This document shows positions 9,156-21,824 of a stretch of 64,000 nt of DNA, one piece after another; the stretch's first letter is position 1; the number at the start of each line of letters is the position of its first letter. Below the pieces are notes generated by a model. That model saw only the letters and a list, made by a program, of their open reading frames with translations. It did not search any database and was not told the DNA's origin. This DNA is from Solirubrobacterales bacterium. Lineage in GTDB: Bacteria > Actinomycetota > Thermoleophilia > Solirubrobacterales > 70-9. The DNA is taken from NCBI GenBank assembly GCA_036520315.1, contig DATDJZ010000030.1:5602-69601 (forward strand), in the 5' to 3' direction. Made by a program: the position numbers and the translations under genes.

Positions 9156-9833
9156 TCAGTTCGATTCGGTCCCGAACGGCCGCTTCGCCGCCATCCCAGG
9201 CCGCCGCGGCAACCCGTTCGGAGTCGGTCCATTCTTGCGGAGGAGGTGGATGTGTCGGTCGCGGCTCGACGGATAAGGCTGCACGGAGCGGATCTCGATC
9301 GGCTCCATCGCCAGCCGATCGGCCGCTCGCGCCGCCTCGGCCTCCTCCTGGGCGGAGCGCTTTCCCTTCCAGGCGGCGAGCGCGCCGCCCTCCCGGAGCA
9401 GCGGCGAGGCGAGCTCCGCCAGCGCGGCGAGCCTGCCGACGGACCGGGCGGCGACGGCGTCGTAGGCCTCCCTGCCCTCGCCCCGGGCCCAGTCCTCCGA
9501 GCGCCGACAGACGACCACGGCGTTCGATAGCCCCATCCGCGCGATCGCGTCTCGGAGGAAGGCGCACTTGCGCTCGATCGACTCGATCAGATCGACGCGG
9601 GCATCCGGCACCGCAGCGGCGAGCACCAACCCCGGGAGCCCCGCGCCGCTGCCCAGGTCGGCGATCCGCCCGGCCGAGCGGATCGGCTCCAGCTCGAGCC
9701 CGCTGAGCGAATCGGCGATGTGGACGTCTCGAGCGCGCGGGACCGTCGACCTCGCGATCGGAGCACGGGGCTCGGCCAGGATCCGCAACAGCTCATCGAG
9801 AGCGGGCTCCGCCCGGGGCGGGATCGAGCTCAA
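9156..9833 (-). CDS. rsmG: 16S rRNA (guanine527-N7)-methyltransferase RsmG (GidB)
   Basis: 225 aa with SAM motif IADLGSGAGLPGLVLA. The TTG start overlaps the jag stop (TTGA). Confidence 0.9.
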   Translation of the reverse strand: MSSIPPRAEPALDELLRILAEPRAPIARSTVPRARDVHIADSLSGLELEPIRSAGRIADLGSGAGLPGLVLAAAVPDARVDLIESIERKCAFLRDAIARMGLSNAVVVCRRSEDWARGEGREAYDAVAARSVGRLAALAELASPLLREGGALAAWKGKRSAQEEAEAARAADRLAMEPIEIRSVQPYPSSRDRHIHLLRKNGPTPNGLPRRPGMAAKRPFGTESN

Positions 9834-10324
9834 TCGGAGACGAGCGGCGCGATGACCACATAGCGGTTGGGCTCGTCGCCTTCGCTGTAGGTCTCGACCT
9901 CGGGGCGATCGCGGAGGTGCTCATGGACGACCCGCCTCTCATTCGAGCCCATCGGGTCCATCTCGACCGCCTGCTTGTGGCGAACGGCGTCCTCGGCGGC
10001 CATGTCGGCGCGCCGCCGCAGCGACTCGCCCTGACGGCGGCGGTAGCCGGCCGCATCGACCTGGACCCGCTTGCGGTCCTGGCGGCCCCGAAATGCGGCC
10101 TGATAGCAGAGCAGCTGCACCGCGTCGATCGTCTGACCGTGGCGGCCGATCAGCAGGCCGACGTCCTCGCCCTCGACGTCGGCGTGGATCTCCTCCTCCC
10201 CCTCCTCGACCGCGACCGAGGCATCGAGTCCCAACTCCTCAACGATGCGCTCCAGAAAGACGCGGACGCGCTCCGCCGGCGCCTCCGGCAGCACCTCTGC
10301 CCGGGTCTCTCCTCCTTCGGCCAC
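9830..10324 (-). CDS. khpB: Jag/KhpB-like RNA-binding protein (KH + R3H domains)
   Basis: 164 aa. KH-like LLIGRHGQTIDAVQ and R3H-like NERRVVHEHL...ETYSEGDEPNRYVVI. Conserved position between yidC and rsmG. Confidence 0.85.
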   Translation of the reverse strand: MAEGGETRAEVLPEAPAERVRVFLERIVEELGLDASVAVEEGEEEIHADVEGEDVGLLIGRHGQTIDAVQLLCYQAAFRGRQDRKRVQVDAAGYRRRQGESLRRRADMAAEDAVRHKQAVEMDPMGSNERRVVHEHLRDRPEVETYSEGDEPNRYVVIAPLVSD

Positions 10325-10367
10325 GCGCGAAGTCTAAGCGGCTAGGCGTCGCCGGCCGGCGGACCCT

Positions 10368-11138
10368 CTAGCGCCGACGTTTCCTCTTCCTTGGCGGCGG
10401 AGGTGGGGGTTTTTCCGCGCGGACCTCCTCCGGGGTGGGAATCGCCGGCAGCGGCCAGACGAAGTGGATCACGGTCTGCTGCCCGATCTGCCAGAGGCCG
10501 GAGGCGATGAAGTAGACGGCGATGCCGGCGGGGGCGTTCGGGATCAGGAAGACCGTGACCAGGGAGAAGATCCCGGCGAACAGGAAGCGCTGGGTGTTCC
10601 CGCCGGTGGTCTGGGGCGATGGCGTGAAGAGGATCAGCGCGAAGGTGCCAGCCACCGCCAGGACGACCAGGGCGATCGCCTCGGCGCCCGTGGGGTGCTC
10701 GGCGAGATGATTGATGAAGAGCCAGCCCGGGTCGCCCGAGGCGTTCAGCTCGTCCTGGAACATGCTGCTGCGGAGCAGCTGGTAGAGCGCGATGAAGACG
10801 GGGAACTGGAAGACGAGCGGCAGGCAGGCCGAGAGCGGGTTGACGCCGTGCTCCTGGAAGAGGGCCATCTGCTCGCGCTGCATCCGCTGGCGGTCGTCCT
10901 TGTACTTCTCCTGAATCTCCTTGATATACGGCTGCAGCGCCTGCATCTCGCGCATGCCGTGCATCGAGCGCAGCGTGAACGGGAGGACCACCAGGCGGGA
11001 AAGCCAGGTGATCAGGACGATTCCGAGGCCCCAGGTGACGCCGGCGTCGTTGTGCAGCCACTTGATGACGTCGTTGAAGAGGTTCTCGATCGGGCTGAGG
11101 ATGTTGGCGTCGAGAAAGATGTTGGGGTCGAGGGGCAC
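10368..11138 (-). CDS. yidC: membrane protein insertase YidC
   Basis: 256 aa. LPFTLRSMHGMREMQALQPYIKEIQEKYKDDRQRMQREQMALFQEHGVNPLSACLPLVFQFPVFIALY is the canonical YidC/Oxa1 core. Confidence 0.92.
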   Translation of the reverse strand: MPLDPNIFLDANILSPIENLFNDVIKWLHNDAGVTWGLGIVLITWLSRLVVLPFTLRSMHGMREMQALQPYIKEIQEKYKDDRQRMQREQMALFQEHGVNPLSACLPLVFQFPVFIALYQLLRSSMFQDELNASGDPGWLFINHLAEHPTGAEAIALVVLAVAGTFALILFTPSPQTTGGNTQRFLFAGIFSLVTVFLIPNAPAGIAVYFIASGLWQIGQQTVIHFVWPLPAIPTPEEVRAEKPPPPPPRKRKRRR

Positions 11139-11146
11139 GATGGTCT

Positions 11147-11494
11147 CTACGTCAGGTCGGGGTTAGTGGTTGACGCGGCCGCGGTGTTTGTGGCGGCCGT
11201 TGACGGCGAAGCCGCGCAGCCGGAGCGGCCGGAGCGGCCGGAGCGGCCGGGAGTGTTGCGAAAGAGCCGCCGGTCTGACACCTCATCGAAGCCGCCGTGG
11301 CTGAAGGGGTTGCAGCGGAGCAACCGCCAGCCAGCGAGGATCAGCCCACGGATCGGACCCAGCTCGCGGATCGCCTCGACCGCGTACTCGGAGCAGCTCG
11401 GGTAGTAGCGGCAGCGGGGAGCGAGAGCAGGCGAGATCCAGCGCTGGTAGAGCCGGATCGGCGCGATCAGCAGGGCTGTGAGCATCCGTTTCAC
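11147..11494 (-). CDS. yidD: membrane protein insertion efficiency factor YidD, with low-complexity C-terminal extension
   Basis: LIAPIRLYQRWISPALAPRCRYYPSCSEYAVEAI is the YidD signature. GTGA overlap with the rnpA stop. The tail contains GRSGRSGRSG. Confidence 0.85.
   Translation of the reverse strand: MKRMLTALLIAPIRLYQRWISPALAPRCRYYPSCSEYAVEAIRELGPIRGLILAGWRLLRCNPFSHGGFDEVSDRRLFRNTPGRSGRSGRSGCAASPSTAATNTAAASTTNPDLT
11219..11248. repeat. tandem 9-bp repeat (about 3 units) inside the yidD 3' region
   Basis: Plus strand cggagcggc repeated. It encodes GRSGRSGRSG in the YidD tail. Confidence 0.8.
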
Positions 11495-11877
11495 GACAAA
11501 CGCTCCTCGCCCGATGCCTCCATCAGCTCGGCAAGGGAGGCGCGGACGCCGTCCTGACCCTCACGCTCAAGCAGATCCTCAGCCCCCGGCCGGGCGACGA
11601 TCACGTAGTCGCGGCCGGGCTGGATCAGGTCGGACAACTCCCAGAACGCCTCTCGTACCGCCCGGCGCACCTTGTTGCGCCTCACGGCCTTGCCGATCTT
11701 CCTGCCCACGGAGAGACCGAGCCTCGCTCCGTCGTCCGACTCGTCCTCGCGGCGGGCGAACGAGTAGACCACCAGGAAGCGGTTGGCGCTCGAGCTGCCC
11801 TCGCGGTAGACGCGATCGAAGTCGCCGCTCCGGGAGAGCCGGCGCCTGCGGGCATCGGGGCGGCCCTCAGAGGCCAA
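11491..11877 (-). CDS. rnpA: ribonuclease P protein component
   Basis: Track ORF 11491..12252. TTG at residue 126 was chosen, just after the rpmH stop. Motifs: RLSRSGDFDRVYREG and the RNR-like KAVRRNKVRRAVRE. The exact start is uncertain. Confidence 0.85.
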   Translation of the reverse strand: MASEGRPDARRRRLSRSGDFDRVYREGSSSANRFLVVYSFARREDESDDGARLGLSVGRKIGKAVRRNKVRRAVREAFWELSDLIQPGRDYVIVARPGAEDLLEREGQDGVRASLAELMEASGEERLS

Positions 11878-11879
11878 CG

Positions 11880-12014
11880 CTAGGGAGTGAGGCGCTTGCG
11901 GCCCTTCTGACGCCGGCGCCTCAGGATCGCGCGGCCGGAACGGCTGCGGCTGCGGGCTCGGAACCCGTGGGTCCGGGCTCGCTTGCGCTTCTTCGGCTGG
12001 TAGGTCCGCTTCAT
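11880..12014 (-). CDS. rpmH: 50S ribosomal protein L34
   Basis: [44 protein letters not shown] (44 aa) starts at residue 17 of track ORF 11880..12062. Confidence 0.95.
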   Translation of the reverse strand: MKRTYQPKKRKRARTHGFRARSRSRSGRAILRRRRQKGRKRLTP

Positions 12015-12027
12015 CGAAAAGGGCCCA

Positions 12028-12059
12028 TCGAGGGATCGAGGGGTCGAGGGGTCGAGGGG
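12028..12059. repeat. four tandem octamers TCGAGGGA/TCGAGGGG x3 (G-quadruplex-capable on the plus strand)
   Basis: Read directly, and confirmed from the codons of track ORF 11880..12062. Lies 14-45 nt upstream of the rpmH ATG, in the rpmH-dnaA spacer. Confidence 0.85.
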
Positions 12060-12165
12060 CACGGCAGTATAGGCCGTGGCCCTCCGGGGATCCGGCGCGG
12101 CCGCCCCTCCGGCAACCCACTTGCGGTTTTCGCCGCGTTTTGCACGGACGCCGGGAGACCGCCCC

Positions 12166-12194
12166 TTTCGAGCCCGAGATGCCCAGCCTATGAT
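12166..12194 (+). promoter_or_regulatory. candidate dnaA promoter: -35 TTTCGA, 17-bp spacer, -10 TATGAT
   Basis: TTTCGA at 12166-12171 and TATGAT at 12189-12194, about 70 nt upstream of the dnaA Shine-Dalgarno. Pattern match only. Confidence 0.25.
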
Positions 12195-12266
12195 CGGCCG
12201 CTCGCCTTACACCAAGCGGGTCGCTCCGGCGGAGCACCCTCGCACACCACAACGAAGGAGGACCAG

Positions 12267-13628
12267 GTTCAGGGGCAGCCCGGTGACGTCCGTCAGGACC
12301 TAGCGGAGCCCTGGCGCAAAGCCCAGCGGGAGCTGGCCGCCTCCGTTCCGGAGGACACTTACCGCCTCTGGTTCTCCCCCCTCTCGCCCGTCTCCCGGCG
12401 CGGCGCGACGCTGTATCTCACCGGTCCGCGGCACATCATTCGCTGGGTCGGCCGCCGTTACCTGGAGCTCCTCCGCGCGGCGATCCCCAGGTCGTTCGCG
12501 GGGGTCCGCGAGGTCGAGCTCGTCGCTCCGGACGCGGCGCCGGGCGCCACTGCGATCCCCGCGGATGCAGCCTCGAGGGTTGCGCTCAACCCCGACTACA
12601 CCTTCGAGCGCTTCGTGATCGGGCCCGGCAACCAGCTCGCGCACGCCGCCGCCTTGGCGGTCGCGGAGGCGCCGGGCGAGGCGTACAACCCACTTTTCCT
12701 CCATGGCCCGCCCGGGCTCGGCAAGACCCACCTGCTCGGCTCGATCGCCAACTACCTGAGCCGCCACAGCCCCCAACTCACCGTCCACTACACGACCGCC
12801 GAGTCGTTCACCAACGAGTTCGTCTCCTCGCTCCAGGGGGCCGGTATCGAGGGCTTCAAGGAGCGCTACCGGCGCGCGGACGTCCTGCTGATCGACGACG
12901 TCCAGTTCCTCCAAGGGAAGGCCCGCACCGCGGACGAGTTCTTCCACACCTTCAACGCGCTCTATGAAGGCGGAGCGCAGCTGGTCCTCACCGCCGACCG
13001 CGTCCCAGCCGAGCTCAAGGACCTCGCCGACCGCCTCCGGGACCGCTTCGAATGGGGGCTCACGGTCCCGCTCGAGCCACCGGACCTCGCCACCCGCCTG
13101 GTCTTCCTCGGCAACCTTGCGCGCGAGCACAGCGAGGCCCTCCCCCCCGACGCGCTGCGGGCACTCGCGTCCAAGACCTCCCCCAACCTCCGCGTCCTCA
13201 AGGGCGCACTGACCCGCATCGTCGCCATCTCCTCCCTCACCTCCTCGAGCATCACCACCGCGTCCATCGAAAACGCCCTGCCCTCGGACACCATCCCACC
13301 GGCCCCAACATCTCTGAACGTGCGCCAGGTCCAGGAGGCGGTCGCGGCCCGACTCGACCTTACGGTCGACGACCTGCTCTCCCCCAACCGGACCGCGCCC
13401 ATCGCCCGCGCCCGCCAGCTCGCCATGTACCTGACCCGCGAGCTCACCGATCTCTCCCTGCCGGCCATCGCCGAGGCCTTCAACCGCCGCGACCACACCA
13501 CCGTCCTGCACGCCATCAGGCGCGTTCAGCGGGGCGCCCTCGAGGACGCGAGCCTCTTACGCACCCTCGAGCAGCTCACCACGGAACTGCGTTCGGGGCC
13601 GGCCGATTCGGAAGCTGACGGATCGTGA
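12267..13628 (+). CDS. dnaA: chromosomal replication initiator DnaA (start codon unresolved; 12267 is GTT after AAGGAGG)
   Basis: Domain I: DLAEPWRKAQRELAASVPEDTYRLWFSPL. Walker A: LHGPPGLGKTHLL. Walker B: LLIDDVQFL. Domain IV: RQLAMYLTRELTDLSLPAIAEAFNRRDHTTVLHA. The track ORF start at 11478 is antisense to yidD/rnpA/rpmH and was rejected. Confidence 0.9.
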   Translation, partial: VQGQPGDVRQDLAEPWRKAQRELAASVPEDTYRLWFSPLSPVSRRGATLYLTGPRHIIRWVGRRYLELLRAAIPRSFAGVREVELVAPDAAPGATAIPADAASRVALNPDYTFERFVIGPGNQLAHAAALAVAEAPGEAYNPLFLHGPPGLGKTHLLGSIANYLSRHSPQLTVHYTTAESFTNEFVSSLQGAGIEGFKERYRRADVLLIDDVQFLQGKARTADEFFHTFNALYEGGAQLVLTADRVPAELKDLADRLRDRFEWGLTVPLEPPDLATRLVFLGNLAREHSEALPPDALRALASKTSPNLRVLKGALTRIVAISSLTSSSITTASIENALPSDTIPPAPTSLNVRQVQEAVAARLDLTVDDLLSPNRTAPIARARQLAMYLTRELTDLSLPAIAEAFNRRDHTTVLHAIRRVQRGALEDASLLRTLEQLTTELRSGPADSEADGS

Positions 13629-13658
13629 CCGAACAGACTGAAAGAATCGAAGAGGAGG

Positions 13659-13684
13659 CTGTCCACATATCCACCCCGTCCACA
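13659..13684 (+). promoter_or_regulatory. three abutting DnaA-box-like 9-mers (candidate oriC core)
   Basis: CTGTCCACA (13659-13667), TATCCACC (13668-13675) and CCGTCCACA (13676-13684), all in the same orientation in the 92-bp dnaA-dnaN spacer. Flanked by the A/G-rich tract 13631-13658. Confidence 0.6.
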
Positions 13685-13720
13685 ACCCTTACTACTCCTA
13701 AGGATGCCCAACAACCAACG

Positions 13721-14824
13721 ATGAAGATCAACACCACAAGGCAGGCCCTTCTCGATGCGTTGCTCATCGTCTCCCGGGCGGTGTCCGCACGCGCCGCGCT
13801 GCAGGCTCTCTCGGGGATCCTGATCACCGCCGACGGCGAGGCGCGCCTCCGCGCGACCGACATGGAGCTCGGCCTCGAGGTGGCTCTGGAGGGTGAGGTG
13901 GAGGGGGGCGGATCCGTGGTCCTGCCCGGCCGGCTCCTGGTCGAGGTCGTGCGGTCGCTCTCCGATGGCCCGGTCACCCTGGCGCTTCGCGAGGCCGAGC
14001 GCGACATCGAGCTCAGCGCCGGGTCCTCCCGATTCCACCTGCGGACCCTGCCGGCCGATGACTTCCCGCGCTTCCCTGACACCGAGGGCGAGCCGGCGGA
14101 GCTTCCCGCGGCGCCGCTTCGCGAGACCATCAACCGCGTCGCCCGCGCCGCGTCGCGAGACGAGGCGCGCCCGGTGCTCACCGGCGTCCTGGTGACGGTG
14201 GAGGGCGATGAGATGACGATGGTCGCCACCGACTCCTACCGCCTCGCCGTGAAGACGACGAAGCTCGACGCGGCGGTGGGGGAGCGGCTCGAGGCGAACG
14301 TGCCCGCCCGCGCCCTGCGAGAGCTCGCCCGCCTGATCGAGGCCGGCGGGGAGGATTCGCTGCAGGTCTGGCTCACCCGCAACCAGGCGATCTTCCGCGT
14401 CGCGCAGACCTCGCTCAGCTCCAGGCTGATCGACGGCCAGTTCCCGAATCATCAGCAGCTCCTGCCGGAGTCCTACGAGCACGAGGTGAAGCTGCCGAGG
14501 ACCGAGTTCCTCGAGGTCACCCGGCGTGTCTCCCAGCTGGCCCAGCGAAACGCGGCGCTCCGCCTCTCCTTCTCCGACGGTGAGCTTGTGGTCTCCGCCG
14601 AGACCCCGGATCTCGGCGACGCCCGCGAGGCGCTTCCCGCCCCCTACTCGGGTGAGCTGCTCGAGATCGGCTTCAACCCGGAGTTCATCAGGGACGGGCT
14701 GGAGAGCATCGATGCAGACGAGGTCGTCCTCAAGCTGATCTCCCCGCTCCGCCCGGGGCTGCTGGAGCCGTCCGGGGCGGACGACTTCAGCTACCTGGTG
14801 ATGCCGATTCGCCTCAACGTGTAG
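13721..14824 (+). CDS. dnaN: DNA polymerase III beta sliding clamp
   Basis: ATG at residue 33 of track ORF 13625..14824. MKINTTRQALLDALLIVSRAV..., three-domain length (367 aa), LEIGFNPEFIRDGL, LVMPIRL at the C-terminus. Confidence 0.93.
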   Translation: MKINTTRQALLDALLIVSRAVSARAALQALSGILITADGEARLRATDMELGLEVALEGEVEGGGSVVLPGRLLVEVVRSLSDGPVTLALREAERDIELSAGSSRFHLRTLPADDFPRFPDTEGEPAELPAAPLRETINRVARAASRDEARPVLTGVLVTVEGDEMTMVATDSYRLAVKTTKLDAAVGERLEANVPARALRELARLIEAGGEDSLQVWLTRNQAIFRVAQTSLSSRLIDGQFPNHQQLLPESYEHEVKLPRTEFLEVTRRVSQLAQRNAALRLSFSDGELVVSAETPDLGDAREALPAPYSGELLEIGFNPEFIRDGLESIDADEVVLKLISPLRPGLLEPSGADDFSYLVMPIRLNV

Positions 14825-14901
14825 GTCATGAGAGGGGGCCCCATTCATGCGAGGGCGCGCGCCAGCGCGACCCGTTTGGTGCTGGAGGGGCCACCCGATT
14901 A

Positions 14902-15984
14902 ATGTCGGTCGTCGGCACACTCGAGTGCCGCGGGTTCCGCAACCTCGCTGACGGGCGCACTTCGATCGCGGACGGCATCGTCGTGGTCTGCGGGCCGAAC
15001 GGCGCCGGCAAGACCAATCTGCTCGAGGCCCTCTACTTCGGGCTCACCGGGCGTTCGTTCAGAACCGGCAACGATCGCGACGTGATCCGCTTCGGGGTCG
15101 AGGGCGCCCGGGTCGAGCTGGAGTTCGCGGGTGACTCTCGCCTGCTGGCTGCGATCGAGCGCTCCGGCGAGCGCCGCCACCTGCTCGCCGGCAGGCCCCT
15201 GGCCGGGACTCCCGGCGAGCGCCCACTGGTGAGCGTCTTCCACCCGGATCGGCTGCAGCTCGTCAAGGGTTCCCCGGCCCACCGCCGGGCGCATCTGGAC
15301 CGGATCTGCGGCGCGGTCTGGCCGGCGCGAGCCGACCTGCGCAGCCGCTTCGGCCGCACGCTCGCTCAGCGCAACGCGCTCGTGCAGCGCATCCGGGCGG
15401 GCCTCGGTGCCGCCGACGCGCTGCCCTCCTGGGATCAACGTCTGGCGGCCGAGGCCGAGCCGCTGATCGGGGCCCGGGCCGAGACGGTCGAGGCCCTCGC
15501 GGGGACATTCGCCGACCTCGCGTCCGCACTCGGGTTGCCGGAGGCGGAGATCTCCTACCGGCCGAGGGCATCCGGCGGGCGCGAGGAGCTGGCCGCCGAG
15601 CTCGCCCGACGCCGCGCCGAGGACCTCGGCCGCGCGTACACCTCCTACGGACCTCAGCTCGATGAGGTCGAGCTTCGCCTGGGCGGCAAGGCCCTGCGGC
15701 GCTTCGGCTCCCAGGGACAGCAGCGCCTTGCGCTCCTCGCTCTGCTCTTCGCCGAGCGCGCCGTCCTGATGGAGGCCGGCCGTCCGGCGCCGCTGATGCT
15801 GCTCGACGACGTGATGAGCGAACTCGATCCCAGCCACCGGGAGCTTCTGGTCTCGCTGCTCGGGAGTGGCGGCCAGGCCGTGATCAGCGCGACCGAGGCG
15901 GCGCACGTCCCGGCTACCGACGTCGCCCGGATCGAGGTCGACGGCGGAGCGGTACACGCCGCGGCGGCGCTGAGGGCGGCGTGA
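14902..15984 (+). CDS. recF: DNA replication/repair protein RecF
   Basis: Walker A: VVCGPNGAGKTNLLEALYF. Signature: GSQGQQRLALLAL. Walker B: LMLLDDVMSELD. Confidence 0.93.
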   Translation: MSVVGTLECRGFRNLADGRTSIADGIVVVCGPNGAGKTNLLEALYFGLTGRSFRTGNDRDVIRFGVEGARVELEFAGDSRLLAAIERSGERRHLLAGRPLAGTPGERPLVSVFHPDRLQLVKGSPAHRRAHLDRICGAVWPARADLRSRFGRTLAQRNALVQRIRAGLGAADALPSWDQRLAAEAEPLIGARAETVEALAGTFADLASALGLPEAEISYRPRASGGREELAAELARRRAEDLGRAYTSYGPQLDEVELRLGGKALRRFGSQGQQRLALLALLFAERAVLMEAGRPAPLMLLDDVMSELDPSHRELLVSLLGSGGQAVISATEAAHVPATDVARIEVDGGAVHAAAALRAA

Positions 15985-16289
15985 GGAGCCGGCGCTCGCC
16001 GCGTCCCCTCGCCGCCGCAATCGGCGAGGCGCTCGAGCGGGCGGAGCCCGCGACCCTGCTGGCGGCGGTGCAGAGCGTCTGGGCCGACGCCGTGGGCGAG
16101 GCGATCGCCCGCGAGGCAACCCCCGTGACCGAGCGCTCCGGGGTGGTGATCGTGGCCTGCAACTCGGCCGCCTGGGCGCAGGAACTGGATCTGCTGGGAG
16201 CTCGGATCCTGGAGAAGCTCCACTCGAAATTGCCCGCCGGGAGCTCTCTGGAGGGCCTTCGGTTTATCACCTCGAGCGATCCCTCCTAA
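15981..16289 (+). CDS. dciA: DUF721 protein, DciA-type (replicative helicase operator)
   Basis: 102 aa with GTGA overlap to recF. WADAVGEAIAREATPVTERSGVVIVACNSAAWAQEL is typical of DUF721. Conserved recF-DUF721-gyrB position, as for M. tuberculosis Rv0004. Confidence 0.8.
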   Translation: MRSRRSPRPLAAAIGEALERAEPATLLAAVQSVWADAVGEAIAREATPVTERSGVVIVACNSAAWAQELDLLGARILEKLHSKLPAGSSLEGLRFITSSDPS

Positions 16290-16468
16290 TCCTTCATTTG
16301 ATTCGCCATTTGCAGGGGTTTTGCGACGGGTTTGCGCAATTTCCGGCGCTTCCGGCTGGTAGACTTATGTGTACTTGAGTGAGGCCTCGACCCTCTGTCC
16401 GCAAGGACTTTCCGAGCCGGGTCACGAAGGTCGTAGGCATCCCCCTGATTTGACTGAAAGGAAGCTGA

Positions 16469-18997
<2,529 letters not shown>

Positions 18998-19010
18998 GGG
19001 GAGGTGAGCG

Positions 19011-21821
<2,811 letters not shown>

Positions 21822-21824
21822 CCG

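Noticed and set aside
8356-9567. Long Arg/Pro/Gly-rich N-terminal extensions on track ORFs. Examples: parA 403 aa, dnaA 716 aa, GT4 489 aa, kinase 717 aa, purM-like 673 aa, pknB 698 aa, rodA 572 aa, wzx 630 aa and sugar transferase 358 aa.
   Set aside because: The extensions overlap neighbouring well-supported genes and lack conservation. The conserved proteins begin at internal starts that create classic 1-, 4- or 8-nt operon overlaps. Internal starts were therefore used.
11487-11500. parS-like 14-mer GTTTCACGACAAAC (minus strand GTTTGTCGTGAAAC) at the rnpA/yidD junction.
   Set aside because: It has two mismatches in the central positions of the GTTTCACGTGAAAC consensus and lies in coding sequence (V-K-R of YidD). 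It cannot be called a ParB site without a matrix scan or ChIP. By eye I found no perfect parS in the window, but a manual scan is not exhaustive.
12015-12062. N-terminally extended L34 starting at GTG 12062 (adds [16 protein letters not shown]).
   Set aside because: L34 universally starts MKRT(Y/F)QP. The extension is encoded by the 8-bp tandem repeat (not a multiple of 3) and looks non-coding.
16290-16468. The AT-richer 179-bp region upstream of gyrB as an alternative origin, ncRNA or small gene (track ORFs 16294..16596 and 16369..16563).
   Set aside because: It has no DnaA-box cluster, no convincing promoter hexamers with proper spacing, and no conserved structure that I could fold. The small ORFs overlap the gyrB 5' end and have no coding signature. 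It is most simply the gyrB promoter and leader.
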